Shown here: one piece after another, positions 42,057-52,816 of the stretch
How positions within the stretch are numbered: the first letter of the stretch is position 1
How the letters are laid out: each line of letters begins with the position of its first letter
Source of the DNA: an uncultured Lactobacillus sp.
GTDB taxonomy: Bacteria; Bacillota; Bacilli; Lactobacillales; Lactobacillaceae
DNA: 64,000 nt
Reading direction: 5' to 3'
Assembly: GCF_947367125.1 (NCBI RefSeq)
Contig: NZ_CANBCQ010000003.1
Location: 8,502 to 72,501 of the forward strand
Notes under the pieces: generated by a model
Databases searched by the model: none
Told to the model about the DNA's origin: nothing
What the model saw: only the letters and a program-made list of their open reading frames with translations
Made by a program: the position numbers and the translations under genes

Positions 42057-43391
42057 TTAATCATTTACTAGAAATGGATATTGAATTTGATCATTATCGG
42101 TTACATTCAACTTATAACGGGCCCGATACAAAGCTTTTTCCACAGCTAATTGCCCAGCTGTAGTTGCCATTGCAATTGAATATGATTTATGTGGCGAATT
42201 AATCAAAATCTGACTAATTGAGTGTTTAATATATGATTGAATCAAGATAACATAATTTGATTCCTTACATGCCCGCAAAACATTTGAAGCTTGCTTCATT
42301 TCAATGATTCTAGCTACCCCATTATGAGCTTCAATTACTTTTGCTAAATTAGAAGTTAAGCTCTTATCACCGACAACGACAGTAACTCTCTTTTTATCAA
42401 GATCAAAATCAATGCGTGAAGTATACTCTTCACTTTGCTTTTCAGTTGACTGCTTTTCCTTTTTCTCCAGCTGATGCAATAACGATTTATGTTTGCCCTT
42501 TGTTTTATGCTTTACTGGACTTTTAGTCTTATTTACTGTCTCTTTTTCAGGGATGGTAACTTCTTCTTCAGCGTAACGCCATCTAATTCTGATAAAAGAT
42601 GGATCACTTGCCCGCCAAACAACACTAATCAGATCATTTTCATGCAAATTAAAGTGGCTAATAGTATTTAAATCAAGATATAAAATTGCTTTTTCTGGAT
42701 TTACTTGCCCCAAACTCTTGCCATTAGAATCTTTCTTAATATAGAGACCAAAAGAATCCTTATGAATTACAGCTGGACCAAATTCGATGATTTCTTCACC
42801 TGGAGCAAAGGGTTCAGGATGATGTTCGACCTTAATAATTGGCCGATTGCCACTATCATTTAAATGATCTAGCAAGGTAACTGTATCGCCATTTTCTAGC
42901 TTTTCAATTCGTGTTAAATGCTCATTGAAATATTGCACAGAATGACCATTTTCATCCACTGCCTCAGACCCTAATAATTTACGCCTAATTTGATATTGTT
43001 TTTCTTCAGGCTCAGCCACTGGAATTATCTTTTTGACCATTGGCTTAGGAAGTGGCGTTACGGCTGCATATTTATTTTTATTCTTTAACACTGTTGGGCT
43101 TAATGCCTTAGCTGCAGTTTCTTTAGCCTTTTCTTTTGCTGGGACCTTTTCTTCATGCTCATTTTCTACATTATCAACTGATTTTTCATCATTTTTAGAA
43201 TTAGTAGCTATTTCATTCTTTTCAGCTTTTAACTCCCGCTTCTCTTCACCATGTGGCGGATTTCCTAAAACGGCTTGATTATATATTTTACTAATAATTT
43301 TCAAAGCAATCATCGACTGATTCAATGATTGGAGATCATCACCTGTAGCCTGCATTAATTCAATAATATCTTTTCTGTAATCAATCTTCAT
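42057..43391 (-). CDS. Hypothetical protein with a C-terminal DUF2325-like alpha/beta domain
   Basis: 444 aa; C-terminal RVTVVVG...YVILIQSYIKHSISQ pattern resembles DUF2325 (recognition by eye). Confidence 0.55.
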   Translation of the reverse strand: MKIDYRKDIIELMQATGDDLQSLNQSMIALKIISKIYNQAVLGNPPHGEEKRELKAEKNEIATNSKNDEKSVDNVENEHEEKVPAKEKAKETAAKALSPTVLKNKNKYAAVTPLPKPMVKKIIPVAEPEEKQYQIRRKLLGSEAVDENGHSVQYFNEHLTRIEKLENGDTVTLLDHLNDSGNRPIIKVEHHPEPFAPGEEIIEFGPAVIHKDSFGLYIKKDSNGKSLGQVNPEKAILYLDLNTISHFNLHENDLISVVWRASDPSFIRIRWRYAEEEVTIPEKETVNKTKSPVKHKTKGKHKSLLHQLEKKEKQSTEKQSEEYTSRIDFDLDKKRVTVVVGDKSLTSNLAKVIEAHNGVARIIEMKQASNVLRACKESNYVILIQSYIKHSISQILINSPHKSYSIAMATTAGQLAVEKALYRARYKLNVTDNDQIQYPFLVND

Positions 43392-43560
43392 ATATTTTCC
43401 TTCTTATCTTTAAATATGACCATTATACAAAAAAATTTAATGTTAATCTAATTCTTTATTGACACTTATATTATTTTTCTTTCAAAGCATTTATCAATTA
43501 ATTTCCACTCAAAAAAAGCAGATCGTCCATTTAGTGGCATGAACGATTTGCTTTTTTATT

Positions 43561-44481
43561 TTATCTATCTTTATTTTTTCGCATTTCGCCTTCAAAAAGA
43601 GCTGCTAATTTGGCTAAACTCTTATGATCAGGATAACGCTGAACTAACTGTTCAATTTTAGTAGTGGCTAATTTTTTTACTTCTTCAGCTGAACCCATTT
43701 TTTCCAAAAAATCTGCGAGATCTCCTGAACGGGCCAACAGTTTGCGTTCGCTTCTGCTTTCTGCCAAAAATGCTTGGTCAATCTTACGTAACTTTAGACT
43801 ACCATCAGCATTAAAATGATATCCACCCCACATATGCTGCTTAATCGGTTGCATCGGTTCACTATCAACGTAACATAATTTTCCTACCATGTGATGCGTC
43901 TCTGTAATCCCTAACGTAACTGGATCATAAATATCAACATAATTAAAAATTTTTTCTCGCATTTTAGCTACCCGGCGCCGTTCAATTGGCGTCAGCAATA
44001 GCCAAATATTGGTTCCCTCATACAAATAAGCAGCTGCAATTGCTTCTGGATGATGGCAATTAGCCAAGGCAAACTGAGCATTAATTGATCCCAAGGAATG
44101 ACCATAAAGATAAATTGGCCTGCCTTTAAACTGATTAATCGTCTGATTCAATAAGTGAGCCGCCGATTTTAATTGACTAGGAATTGCCCGCTTTTGCGCA
44201 AGCAGTGCCTTCAAAATTGGTAAATTAGTTCTAATCCATTCATCACGCCAAGTTTGTGGCGTACCTTTTTTAAAACCATATGAGCCCTTAAATAAAATGG
44301 TGATTTCATTCGGGTTCGAAATAACAAAAGCACGCATCCCATCCTCGGCATAAACACTGCGACAAACAGTACCAAGATGATACTGACCTATTTTAACACT
44401 ATCACCTAGTTGCAATTCTTCATAGGACTTTTTAGTTAATTCAACTCGTTCACGATCGGTTAACTGTGCATTTACACTCAT
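43561..44481 (-). CDS. Lipase-like alpha/beta hydrolase (DUF2974/class 3-like)
   Basis: ILFKGS, YGHSLG nucleophile, YVDIYDPV, QHMW. Confidence 0.75.
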   Translation of the reverse strand: MSVNAQLTDRERVELTKKSYEELQLGDSVKIGQYHLGTVCRSVYAEDGMRAFVISNPNEITILFKGSYGFKKGTPQTWRDEWIRTNLPILKALLAQKRAIPSQLKSAAHLLNQTINQFKGRPIYLYGHSLGSINAQFALANCHHPEAIAAAYLYEGTNIWLLLTPIERRRVAKMREKIFNYVDIYDPVTLGITETHHMVGKLCYVDSEPMQPIKQHMWGGYHFNADGSLKLRKIDQAFLAESRSERKLLARSGDLADFLEKMGSAEEVKKLATTKIEQLVQRYPDHKSLAKLAALFEGEMRKNKDR

Positions 44482-44560
44482 AATTTTCCTTAAATAAAAA
44501 ACTAACTCTTACTACTATAGTAGCATTAGTTAGTTTTTTGAGATAATTTAAACAATTTAG

Positions 44561-45214
44561 CTAATCAAATTTTTTCTGTAAATAGTTAGCAATTGTTGAT
44601 AAGCAGAAACATACAATAAAGTACATAATCGCAATAATTACATACATTGGAATCAGATAAGTTGTATTCTGACTGTAAATAATCTGTGCATGGTATAACA
44701 ATTCTGGCAAAACAATAATTGTTGCTAATGACGTATCCTTAACTAATGACACGAATTGTGACAACAAGGCCGGAATCATATTATGCAAAGCTTGTGGCAA
44801 AATCACATGATACATCGCTTGACCATAGGTCATCCCGTTTGAGCGAGCACCTTCCATTTGACCTGGATCAACTGACCCAATCCCTGAACGAACAATTTCT
44901 GCGAGCATTGCTCCTTCAAAGATCACCAAAGCTGCAATCGACGCCGTAGTTGGATTAGTTACGATCCCTAGCTGTGGCAAACCAAAATAAGTAAAGAAGA
45001 TAATCAACAATAATGGCAAATTACGGATAATATCGATCACAAAGCCAACAATCGCTGAAACATATTTAATCTTCATATAGCGAACCAATCCTAAGATCAA
45101 GCCAACTATAAAGCTAAGTGCAATTGAAATTAACGATACATAGATCGTTACCCAAAGTCCTTGTAATAAGAAGCGGATATCAACCCATGAATATGCATGA
45201 ATAAAAGTTTCCAT
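44561..45214 (-). CDS. glnP: Polar amino acid ABC permease
   Basis: RNLPLL, EIVRSGI...GQMEGARSNG, VKDTSLA. Confidence 0.85.
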   Translation of the reverse strand: METFIHAYSWVDIRFLLQGLWVTIYVSLISIALSFIVGLILGLVRYMKIKYVSAIVGFVIDIIRNLPLLLIIFFTYFGLPQLGIVTNPTTASIAALVIFEGAMLAEIVRSGIGSVDPGQMEGARSNGMTYGQAMYHVILPQALHNMIPALLSQFVSLVKDTSLATIIVLPELLYHAQIIYSQNTTYLIPMYVIIAIMYFIVCFCLSTIANYLQKKFD

Positions 45215-45231
45215 TTTCTATCCCCTTCCTA

Positions 45232-45873
45232 TTAATTAGCTAATTTCTTTTCCAAGTGTCGCATGTAGTAACTTAGCGGCAAAGTTAAGATCAAATAAAA
45301 TAGCCCGACAATGATATAAGTATCAATTGTTTGGAAAGTTGAAAATGCAATCAATTGCGCTTGATACATTAAGTCAAAACCAGCAACGAAGGCTAAAACT
45401 GAAGAGTTCTTTACCAAGTTGATAAACTGATTACCTAATGGTGGGATCACAATCTTCATTGCTTGTGGCAAAATAACATACCGCATTGCTTGTGTATAAG
45501 TCATCCCATTCGAACGGGCACCTTCCATTTGACCACTACCGATAGAATTTATCCCGGCCCGAACCGTTTCAGCAATAAAAGCTGAAGTATACAAGGTCAA
45601 ACCAATTGTTCCGGCTTGAAAGCCTGATAATTTAACAATATATCTTGGCACAATAAGATAGAAGATCATTACAATAACCAGTAATGGAATATTTCTAAAA
45701 ACTGCTATATAAATTTTAGCAATTATCTGACCAAATTTTGGCGGTGCCACTTCTAGTAAAGCAAAGAACACTCCCAAAATTAAACTGAAGATTAAAGCAA
45801 TAATACTACACAAAATAGTATTCCAAAAACCTGTTAAAAAACTTCCCCAGTTGTTAGTAATAATTTGCCACAT
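45232..45873 (-). CDS. glnM: Polar amino acid ABC permease
   Basis: RNIPLL, ETVRAGI...GQMEGARSNG, VKNSSV. Confidence 0.82.
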   Translation of the reverse strand: MWQIITNNWGSFLTGFWNTILCSIIALIFSLILGVFFALLEVAPPKFGQIIAKIYIAVFRNIPLLVIVMIFYLIVPRYIVKLSGFQAGTIGLTLYTSAFIAETVRAGINSIGSGQMEGARSNGMTYTQAMRYVILPQAMKIVIPPLGNQFINLVKNSSVLAFVAGFDLMYQAQLIAFSTFQTIDTYIIVGLFYLILTLPLSYYMRHLEKKLAN

Positions 45874-46691
45874 TATTTCAAAACTCCTTTCAGACTAAAG
45901 CCAGGAATTCCAGCAAACCATTTTTTAATTAAACGGTCATATGTACCATTTTTTTCAAGTTCATTTAAAGCTTGATCAATGTGATCTGCCATTTGCTTTT
46001 GTCCCTTGTTAACCGCAATACCGTAAGGTGCGTTACTATAAACGCCCCCAACTAGCTTATAACCAGGATTTTCTTGGGCAATACCGGCTAACAAACCATT
46101 ATCCGTCGTTAAGGCTGCACCTTGACCGGCTTTTAAAGCAGACATCGCTTGACCATAGTCATCATATTGCAAAACCCGTGCCTTAGGTGCATATTTATGG
46201 ACATCATCAACGGCCGTAGTTCCTTTAACTGCTAAAACAGTTTTGCCTTCCAAGTCCTTAACATTCTTAATCTTGCTATTATCAGGCACTAGTAAAGATG
46301 AACCTGCTGGGAAATATGGTTTAGAAAAAGTTACTTGCTTAGCCCGCTCTGGCGTAATAGTCATTGTAGCCAAAACTGCATCCACATTACCATTCTTTAG
46401 TAATGGAATTCTGGTATTAGCAGTAGTAGTTACGAAATCCGTTTTGGCATCTTTGCCTAACATTTGCTTAGTCAAAGCCTTAGCTAAATCAATTTCAAAG
46501 CCTTCAATATGACCCGTTTTTACATTAGTTAAACCAAATAATCTAGTATCTGCTCTAACGCCCCAAACAATTGTCTTACTTTCTTTTACCTTTTGATAAA
46601 CGTTGCTGCTAGCGTGCTTACCGCAAGCAGTTAAAGCCAGCATCAAGACTAGCAACAAAGGGATGAAAATAAATCTTTTTATCTTCTTCAT
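45873..46691 (-). CDS. glnH: Polar amino acid ABC substrate-binding lipoprotein
   Basis: Lipobox LTAC, GFEIDLA, MTITPER, FSKPY, PYGIAV. Confidence 0.85.
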   Translation of the reverse strand: MKKIKRFIFIPLLLVLMLALTACGKHASSNVYQKVKESKTIVWGVRADTRLFGLTNVKTGHIEGFEIDLAKALTKQMLGKDAKTDFVTTTANTRIPLLKNGNVDAVLATMTITPERAKQVTFSKPYFPAGSSLLVPDNSKIKNVKDLEGKTVLAVKGTTAVDDVHKYAPKARVLQYDDYGQAMSALKAGQGAALTTDNGLLAGIAQENPGYKLVGGVYSNAPYGIAVNKGQKQMADHIDQALNELEKNGTYDRLIKKWFAGIPGFSLKGVLK

Positions 46692-46702
46692 TGTGCGTCA
46701 CC

Positions 46703-47443
46703 TTAATCTTTAGAAATAACCTTGCTTAAGAATTGACGCGCACGTTCAGTATCTGGATGAGCAAAGAATTCTTCTGGCTTGCGATCTTCTAAAATATGGC
46801 CCTTATCAAAGAAAATTAACCGGTTGCTTACCTTCTTGGCAAACCCCATTTCATGAGTAACTACAACCATAGTAATTCCTTGTTCAGCAACGTATCCCAT
46901 AACTTCCAAAACATCTTCAATCATTTCTGGGTCAAGAGCACTAGTTGGTTCATCAAATAAAATTACCTTAGGGCGCATGGCTAGTGAACGAGCAATCGCT
47001 ACTCTTTGTTTTTGCCCACCTGATAATTGACGTGGATAAGAGTCAATTTTATCTGCCATGCCCACTTTTTCAAGGTATTGCATTGCTACCTTACGATTTT
47101 CATCATCAGGACGCTTAAGCACAATTTTAGGTGCAAGCATTACATTCTCTAGTACAGTGTGGTTATTGTAGAGATTAAAGTGTTGGAACACCATACCAAC
47201 ATTTTTTCGAATCTTATTAATATCGGTCTTTTTATCAGCTAAGTCGTGCCCAGTTACAATTAATTGACCACTATTAATTGGCTCCAAGCCATTCATGGTT
47301 CTAATTAAAGTACTCTTACCTGAACCAGATGGACCAATAATTGAAACCACTTGGCCTTCATCAATCTTTAAGTTAATATCTTTCAATGCATGGAGCTTTC
47401 CATAGTACTTATCAACATGCTTAAATTCAATAATTGCTGTCAT
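46703..47443 (-). CDS. glnQ: Polar amino acid ABC ATPase
   Basis: [38 protein letters not shown]. Confidence 0.9.
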   Translation of the reverse strand: MTAIIEFKHVDKYYGKLHALKDINLKIDEGQVVSIIGPSGSGKSTLIRTMNGLEPINSGQLIVTGHDLADKKTDINKIRKNVGMVFQHFNLYNNHTVLENVMLAPKIVLKRPDDENRKVAMQYLEKVGMADKIDSYPRQLSGGQKQRVAIARSLAMRPKVILFDEPTSALDPEMIEDVLEVMGYVAEQGITMVVVTHEMGFAKKVSNRLIFFDKGHILEDRKPEEFFAHPDTERARQFLSKVISKD

Positions 47444-47660
47444 GGTTTCTACCTTTCTTTCATTTACACAATATATTTATTCTACCTTTTTTCGGAATAA
47501 AACTAAACTGTTTTCATGAGCAAAAATAGGATATTCATATAACAATCTATTATTTTCATTCGTATTTTTTGCAATCTTTAACAAATTTTATCCCTAAAAA
47601 AGCGGTTTCCATACCTACTTACGAATCTATCTAATATTTACTCAATTTCACTTTCAGGAT

Positions 47661-47930
47661 AAAGAAAAAGCCCATCATCCCCTCTAGTTTGGGACGAAAG
47701 GCTTTTTTCCGCGGTACCACCCACATTGTCTAAATATAGACCAACTCATGAAGCACCAACATGCTTCACCGGCGTGGTAACGTACCGGAGACGTCTCGAC
47801 CTACTATAAGAATTGTTAGTTCGGTGAGCTGCTAAAAGTGTTTTTCAATAGTTCAGGGTCTGCTGGCTTTTCACTAACACCAACTCACTGCTAAGAATAA
47901 ACTACCTACTTGTCTTTTTCATAGCCTTTT
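47661..47930 (-). promoter_or_regulatory. T-box riboswitch, predicted specifier AAC (Asn), upstream of glnQ
   Basis: AGTA/GAA loop-E flanking GGTAGTT/AACTATT; specifier loop GAAAAACA; T-box GGGTGGTACCGCGG (47709-47722); terminator GCCTTTCGTCCC...GGGGATGATGGGC-TTTTT. Confidence 0.9.
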
Positions 47931-48087
47931 AATTTATTTATATGTATTTAACATTATTTTTCAAGAAAATGCAAGGGAAAATAATTTCAATCGCAAATGT
48001 ATCCGTTTTTAATCAAAATAAATGCTGTTAATATTCGGAAAATAGCTTAGAATATTAGTGATACCTAGAAAATTAAAGGAGTTTGAT

Positions 48088-48720
48088 ATGGGAAAGCTTG
48101 AAAAACCCGTTATTATTGGAATTGCTGGTGGTTCTGGTAGTGGGAAAACAACAATCGCACACGAAATTGCCGATAACATCGATGATCAAGATCGAATTAT
48201 GATCATGACGCAGGATTCTTACTACAAAGACAATACTGGCGTATCAATGGAAGAAAGAATGAAGATCAACTACGATCATCCTGATGCTTTCGATATGCCA
48301 CTACTTGAGGCACAATTAAATCAATTGATGCACAGAAAGCCAATTGAAATGCCAACTTATGACTTCACTGCTCATACCCGTAGTGATGAAACTATTCACG
48401 TCGAACCAGCTGATATCATTATTCTAGAAGGAATTTTGGTACTCTTTAACGAAGATATCCGCAATTTAATGGACATCAAGGTTTACGTTGATACTGATGA
48501 TGATATCCGTTTTATTCGTCGACTTGAACGTGATATGAAAGAACGCGGCCGCTCACTTGATTCAGTTATTAATCAATACTTGGGCACGGTTAAGCCAATG
48601 TACAATCAATTTATTGAACCAACTAAGCGTTACGCCGACATCATCGTTCCTGAAGGCGGCGAAAACGATGTGGCTATCGATATGTTAACTACTAAGTTGC
48701 AATCAGTTTTAAGTGAATAA
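48088..48720 (+). CDS. udk: Uridine kinase
   Basis: [42 protein letters not shown]; ATG start at 48088 after AAGGAG. Confidence 0.95.
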   Translation: MGKLEKPVIIGIAGGSGSGKTTIAHEIADNIDDQDRIMIMTQDSYYKDNTGVSMEERMKINYDHPDAFDMPLLEAQLNQLMHRKPIEMPTYDFTAHTRSDETIHVEPADIIILEGILVLFNEDIRNLMDIKVYVDTDDDIRFIRRLERDMKERGRSLDSVINQYLGTVKPMYNQFIEPTKRYADIIVPEGGENDVAIDMLTTKLQSVLSE

Positions 48721-48792
48721 TTATCAAGATATAACAAACAGGCGAGCTAGGAATTAATACCTAACTTGCCTGTTTTAATGTACTAAATTATT

Positions 48793-50174
48793 TTAGTTTT
48801 TCTTATTATCATCCTGTGCATTAGTTGCATCCAAAATACGGTTATATTTCTTAGCAAAGAATACCAAAAGCAAAACACTGGCAATAACATAAATAACCGC
48901 TGCAATATAGTAAGCATTAGCATAACCATCTTGCGTATTAAACAAGTAAAATTCAGTGAAGAGACCATCAATAACTCCCACGATGGCATAGGCAATTTGA
49001 ACTACACCAGTAAAGGCTGGACGCAAGTCCTTGTCGACAATAACCATCTAAACTTCTTGTTGAACCGGCATCGTGGCATTGGCTAAACCTGTTCTCAAGA
49101 AAAGCAGAATTCCGACAATGACGGATAAGAAGGCTCCGCTACCTAACCGGCGACCATTAGCTAACAAAAGCATAACTGGTACACAAGTTAAAGTACCTGC
49201 AGCAACTGATACGATTACACCGAGTTTCTTTTCCAAAAATGGAGCAAAGAAGTAACCAATTAGCATCGCTGCTTGAACAAAAGTGTTGATGGTAGAAGTA
49301 ACGTCACGTGGAATGTGCAAATAACTATTCAAATAAATTGGCACATAAACGGCAACTAAACGAGCACCAAGTTGGATACCAGCAATATAAACAATCCACA
49401 TCAATGTCTTCTTGCTCAAAAGCTTCTTATACATGGCCACCTTTTCAGCTCTACTAGGTTCTTTATCATCTACAGTAGAACGACATCGTGAATAAATAGG
49501 GCTAAGATAAAGGCTAACATCGTTACAGCAGCTGTAATATAAAGTAAAATTCTGTATGAATTTGTATAGTCAGCTAAAGTTTGACCGGTTAACATTTCAG
49601 AATTACCTGATAGAACTGAAGCTTCGTGATAAGGAATCCCTCTAATTAAGCCAAAGAACCAAACAACAGCCTTCCCACCTAAGAAAGTACAAATTGTCTG
49701 CGTAATCAAGTTAACAATCATAACGGTTGAGAACATCTTAGTTCTAATCTTCCCTGGAACATATGAAGTCCACATCAGTGGATACATCAAATCATAAACC
49801 CCAATTGCTGTCCAAGAAATAGTATAAGCGATCATGATGATAATTTGATTGGTCGTGATACAGGTTAAGGCCATGAAAATTGCCGTCATTGGTGGCAAGA
49901 TCAGCAAAATCTTTCGATAGCCCCATTTATGAACCGTCGCAATCATGACTGACATCAAAATTGCTGTCGCCGCATTAAAAATGTTTAAACCTGAAATCAA
50001 GTGTGGCGCTACAATCTTGTAGTAAGACAAGGCTGCATCATTCGTGATCCCAGTTACTGCACCTAAAATACCATAAATCCATAAGTAGACAATGACATTG
50101 TGTTTATAACGTGGATTCCAATTTTTAATCGCCTCAGCCTCAGCTTCCTTTTCCGCATTGCTTCGTCGAGCCAT
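48793..50174 (-). pseudogene. MFS transporter pseudogene in three pieces
   Basis: Frameshift near 49485 (frame RSTVDDKEPSRAEKVAMYKK bridges the pieces) and in-frame TAG at 49048-49050 (QQEV*MVIVDK). Confidence 0.85.
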
Positions 50175-50195
50175 ATAAGTCCCCTTCCCCTTTTA

Positions 50196-50209
50196 TGAAA
50201 ACGCATACA
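50196..50209. promoter_or_regulatory. Putative cre site just upstream of the MFS pseudogene
   Basis: TGAAAACGCATACA, one mismatch to TGWAANCGNTNWCA. Confidence 0.5.
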
Positions 50210-50284
50210 AATATCTAATTTGATCTTAGCACCTATATAGTATTAATAAAGTGTGTGTATACGAAAAGGTATTGATTATATGAC

Positions 50285-50863
50285 TTAGGCAAGCCTTGGC
50301 TTTAATGCTTTATCAAATAGATTAGTAATCAATTTTACTAGTACACCATCAAATACTAATGATGAAATCATGCTGACAATAAACATCAAAATTTGGACAT
50401 TAATTTGATAGTGACTCCAACCAAATAAGAAGTAGCTGGGAATAAAGCCACCCAAATTAGCAAAAAAGGCACCGGTCAAGACACTTTTCCAAGAGAATCT
50501 TTCATAACGTTCCTTTTTAGGGAAAAAGCCAATTTCATTCATTGCTCCCTGAATTAATCCTTCAAAAATTGTCAAAGCTCCCCATTGTCCGCCGATCGCC
50601 ATTTCTACAGTCGCAGCCAATAATTCACCGATTGTTCCTGCACCCTTAGTCGGTACAAAATACATTGCTAGTGGTGCCGCCATGTACCATAATCCTGTAA
50701 AAATATTATCCACTACTGGTGCATAACCCGTGGGCAAAAAACTCAATTTCACCAAGTTATACACATTATTAAAACCATAAGTGTAAATCACGCCCATGAT
50801 TATTCCAATTAAAGCCACTAAAATAATTGACTTTACATTCCATTTTGACGATCTAGTAAACAT
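50285..50863 (-). CDS. ECF transporter S component, YkoE-like (thiamine/HMP)
   Basis: KWNVKSIILVALIGIIMGVIY, GLWYMAAPLA, GELLAATVEMAIGGQWG, QGAMNE; ATG 50863 after AAGGAG; TPP riboswitch upstream. Confidence 0.85.
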   Translation of the reverse strand: MFTRSSKWNVKSIILVALIGIIMGVIYTYGFNNVYNLVKLSFLPTGYAPVVDNIFTGLWYMAAPLAMYFVPTKGAGTIGELLAATVEMAIGGQWGALTIFEGLIQGAMNEIGFFPKKERYERFSWKSVLTGAFFANLGGFIPSYFLFGWSHYQINVQILMFIVSMISSLVFDGVLVKLITNLFDKALKPRLA

Positions 50864-50930
50864 AAAAATGCTCCTTACTAACATACTGTCAGTAGGAGCA
50901 CACAAATAAAAGTTTTAATTCTCTTTTTAG

Positions 50931-51003
50931 CACTTTCCCTTGCGCAAGTATTATCTTGTTCAGGTTCAAAGGGTATTATCTCAGCATTCCGCACCCCTAG
51001 TGA
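50931..51003 (-). promoter_or_regulatory. TPP riboswitch aptamer
   Basis: ACTAGGGGTGC...GCTGAGAT..TACCCTTTGAACCTGA.CAAGATAATACTTGCGCAAGGGAAAGTG; downstream hairpin (50865-50900) sequesters the RBS and ends in T5. Confidence 0.95.
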
Positions 51004-51046
51004 CATCTTATTCAATTAACAAACTCAGTATAGCATATGTAAAAAC

Positions 51047-52816
51047 TTAATCAAATGCCATTTGATCGGTATAGAGTTTGTAATAGAAGCCTTTTTCTTT
51101 GAGTAAAGCCTCATGGCTTCCCTCTTCAATTACGTTTCCATCCTTAAGTACCACGATCTTGTTAGAATTCAAAATTGTCTTCAGCCGGTGCGCAATTACA
51201 AAGCTAGTTCTGCCTGCAATTACAGCATCCATCGCCTTTTGAATTTTTTCTTCCGTCACTGTATCAACGTTAGAAGTTGCTTCATCGAGAATTAGGAATG
51301 GTGGATTAGTTAAAATTGTCCGCGCAATTGACATTAATTGCTTTTGACCAGTTGAAAAGATTGAGCTGCTATCTGAAACTTGAGTCTCATAGCCTTCAGG
51401 TAAAGTTTCAATGAAGTCATGAATGTTTGCCTGCTTAGCTGCAGAAATCACCTCATCCATTGAAGCATCTGGTTTACCATAGCGGATGTTGTCGGCTACA
51501 GTCCCAGTAAATAAAACTGAGTCTTGCAAAACAATCCCCACATTATTACGCAACGAGGTTAATTGAATATCACGTACATCAGTCCCATCAAAAGTTACCT
51601 TGCCTGAGTCAACGTCATAGAAACGATTGAGTAAGTTCATAATGGTCGTCTTACCAGATCCTGTTGGTCCGACTAAGGCCACTGATTGCCCCTTATCAAC
51701 TGAGATATCCACGCCATGCAAAATCTCTTTGTCTTTGGTATAACCAAAATGAACTTTTTCTAATTTAACGCCCTGGTCTAAACCGTTAATAATCTTGCCA
51801 TCTGGCACGTCATTTTCATCTTTTTGCTCTTCAACTGTTGCTAATCTTCTAGCCCCAGTTAAAGCCAATTGAATCATTGAATAAATTGAAGTAATTTGAG
51901 TCAAAGGTTGGAAATAAACTTGCGAATATTCCACAAAAGTTACGATCAAGCCTAAGCCAATTGCTTGTGAAACTTGACCCGAAATAATCATCCAAGAGCC
52001 CATCGCAATTACAATTGCCAAGTTAAGCAAGTTCAAACCATTCATTAGTGGGAATAAAATCCCTGAGTAAAATTGTCCTTTAAATAAAGCAGTTCTTACT
52101 TTGTTGTTGTAAACCTTGAAGCCATCAACTGATTCTTGACGCAAGCCATTAGTAATAATTACCTTTTCACCATTAATCTGTTCATTGATATAACCGTTCA
52201 AGTCGCCAATTTCATCTTGCTGTTTATCAATATAAATGCGTGCTTTTTTCATCAAAAAGACACTAACTATCAAAATAAATGGTGTCGTAGCAATAGTTGT
52301 CCAGGCCAAAGTTCGATTAATCGTAAACATCACAATGATTGTCCCGATGAACATAATTCCCTGGGAAATAATTTCAAAAATGGCATTGTTCATAGCATTA
52401 AAAATGTTATCTAAGTCAGAGGTAAATAATGACAATAATTTACCATCTTGGTGCGTATCAAAGTAGCGAACCAACATTCTTTGAAATTTAGCAAATAAAT
52501 TCTCACGCATATCGTTAGTCGAGTCCGCATTAAACTTGGACATCACCATCCAAGCAATAAAAATCGCTACTTGACTTAATAGATAGAATAAAAACATTGA
52601 CCAGAGCGCTTGATAGAAAGTATCTAATGACGCTGTACCCTTTTTAAGGTCAGCTAAATAAGTCGTCAAAGCCGTAACTGAGCGTCCTAAGTAAGTTGGC
52701 GCCATTACCTGCGCACCACTTGAAATTAGCGATAAAACGACTACAATCGTGATCCCTTTCCAATACGGCTTTAAGTATTTAGCAAAATAACGCAATGCTT
52801 TCTTGGTATTACTCAT
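51047..52816 (-). CDS. Heterodimeric multidrug-type ABC exporter, subunit B
   Basis: TMD plus GPTGSGKTT, FSTGQKQL, LILDEATSNVD, IAHRL. Confidence 0.92.
   Translation of the reverse strand: MSNTKKALRYFAKYLKPYWKGITIVVVLSLISSGAQVMAPTYLGRSVTALTTYLADLKKGTASLDTFYQALWSMFLFYLLSQVAIFIAWMVMSKFNADSTNDMRENLFAKFQRMLVRYFDTHQDGKLLSLFTSDLDNIFNAMNNAIFEIISQGIMFIGTIIVMFTINRTLAWTTIATTPFILIVSVFLMKKARIYIDKQQDEIGDLNGYINEQINGEKVIITNGLRQESVDGFKVYNNKVRTALFKGQFYSGILFPLMNGLNLLNLAIVIAMGSWMIISGQVSQAIGLGLIVTFVEYSQVYFQPLTQITSIYSMIQLALTGARRLATVEEQKDENDVPDGKIINGLDQGVKLEKVHFGYTKDKEILHGVDISVDKGQSVALVGPTGSGKTTIMNLLNRFYDVDSGKVTFDGTDVRDIQLTSLRNNVGIVLQDSVLFTGTVADNIRYGKPDASMDEVISAAKQANIHDFIETLPEGYETQVSDSSSIFSTGQKQLMSIARTILTNPPFLILDEATSNVDTVTEEKIQKAMDAVIAGRTSFVIAHRLKTILNSNKIVVLKDGNVIEEGSHEALLKEKGFYYKLYTDQMAFD

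Noticed and set aside
50864-50905. Extended S-component N-terminus (MCAPTDS...)
   Set aside because: It lies in the riboswitch expression platform; the RBS points to ATG 50863
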